Part shown: in pieces, positions 31,086 to 32,507 of the stretch
Numbering within the stretch: the stretch's first letter is position 1
Layout of the letters: the number at the start of each line of letters is the position of its first letter
Assembly (NCBI GenBank): GCA_002189035.1
Contig: NEEC01000058.1
Coordinates: 1 to 32,507 of the forward strand
Source of the DNA: Utricularia gibba
Taxonomy: Eukaryota > Plantae > Magnoliophyta
Length of the DNA: 32,507 nucleotides
Direction of reading: 5' to 3'
Program-made: the position numbers and the translations under genes
Notes under the pieces: generated by a model
The model's database searches: none
Told to the model about the DNA's origin: nothing
The model's input: only the letters and a program-made list of their open reading frames with translations

Positions 31086-32507
31086 GGGGTGTACGGACGG
31101 GTCGGGTCGGGTCGCCCGCCCGCCACACCGCAAGCTGGCGAGACGCGTATCCTATCGCGCACGGGGTTACTCCCCCGATCCCGTGCGCGATCCGAGCGAG
31201 GCGAGATCAGATGCAACGCATCAAAAAATGTCCCCCACGCCTCGCTCCGGTCAGGTTGGCTTCGGACGAACGATGGATGCCTCGCGTACGCACACGGTGC
31301 GTGCCGGGCGAGAATGGATGCCACGCATCAGGAAATTGATTCCCCACGCCGCGTTGCGAAATAGGATGGATGGCCCCGTGCACGCACACGCTATGCGTGC
31401 CGGGCGAGAATGGATGGGGCCATGCATGAAAAAAAACGGATCCCGCGCTGGTTGGCTTACGAAAATGGGTGGGATGCCCCGCGCGCACACGATGCGTTCG
31501 GGCGAGAATGGATGCTATGCATCCGGAAACGTTGGTTGGCATGGTAAGGCCTCCCGTCGCGTGGCGGGTCAGGTTGGCTGGCGAGAATGGGGGATCCATC
31601 CCGCGCACGATGCGTGCCGGGCGAGGATGGATGCTGCGCATGCAAAATCTTCGGATTCGTAAGCCCCTCCGCGTGGCTGCGTGCATTGCGCTTCCGCGAT
31701 GGTCGCGAGCGCGTCTCGGTTCCGAACGTCTGGCGACGATGCTGGCTGTGCTTCGATCTTGGTCGCGTGCCGCGAGTCGTTCTCTATAGTATGGGAAATG
31801 TCGCGAGTAAAAAGGGTTGGTTTCCGCCACGGGTTCACCGCGGCGATGGGAATCGGCTCGCGTGCGCGACCGTGATCGTTGCTCTGCTGCGTCGCTCTCT
31901 CGACGGTGGCATCCTTGGTGTGGGGGTAGCGGACGAATGCTTTTGCATGCGAGAAAATGAGGTGAACCATTTCGTGCCCCCGGGGCATGTTCGGGGTTTC
32001 CGCGGGATCTTTCCGGCACTGGCCTTGCCGCGATCCGCGGCCACGGGTCGGTTGCGCGGGGGGTCATGGCGCGGGAGCTTCGGCATGCTCCTTGGCGCGC
32101 ACGTGAGTTGTGGTGTGCGAGCTCCCGTACGCTGCTCCCGCTTCGGCGGCAACAGCGCATGTCTTGAGTCGCGCTAGATTTGATTGTTGGGGAAAGAAAG
32201 CACGAGTGAGAGTGGCTTCGCCGGTCTTCGTGCCGCATACCCGCCGCGGGGAACACGAGTCGTTGGTTACGTTATGGAACGAACAGTAGTCCCTCGTCCG
32301 CGGAGCGCGCTCCGTCGGACAGGCCATCTCGTGCGCCCAGCGCTCCTTGCTCGCGTGCTCGCGTGCGAAGGTTGCGTTGGGATGCCGCGATCTCTTGGCT
32401 TCGGAAAGTTGGGCGGTGTTTTGGCGGTGCCTGCGTGCGCCGCCTGTTTGCTCCACGACACGAGAAAGAGGAGCTTCCGATGCGCGACTCCCGTCCCGTT
32501 CCGCTCG

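Larger units (their letters stand above)
23393..32507 (+). other. Second intergenic spacer, nearly complete (window ends ~39 bp before the expected third 18S); low-accuracy sequence after ~23,950
   Basis: Colinear with 8902-17598; the window end TTCCGCTCG equals 3101-3109. It carries many small deletions and a 700-bp duplication. Confidence 0.92.

Overview
This window is part of a nuclear 45S (35S) rDNA tandem array from a flowering plant, with all genes on the + strand. It holds two complete 18S-ITS1-5.8S-ITS2-25S transcription units (18S starts at 3148 and 17637, period 14,489 bp). It also holds one complete ~8.7-kb intergenic spacer (8902-17636), a partial spacer at the left end and an almost complete spacer at the right end. 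I can support no protein-coding gene: the long ORFs come from stop-poor GC-rich repeats or from the antisense strand of rRNA. The notable biology is in the spacer, which is built in three tiers. 52-bp palindromic subrepeats and 132-bp promoter-like units combine into ~1,021-bp higher-order repeats, giving about 21 Pol I initiation-like motifs per spacer. The motif closest to the plant consensus lies at the far upstream edge of the array. ITS1 is unusually short (~134 bp). Sequence from ~23.95 kb onward shows deletion-type errors and a garbled 700-bp duplication junction, most likely long-read consensus artefacts. I do not see evidence of a wholly new biological system; the spacer architecture is the best candidate for something undescribed.
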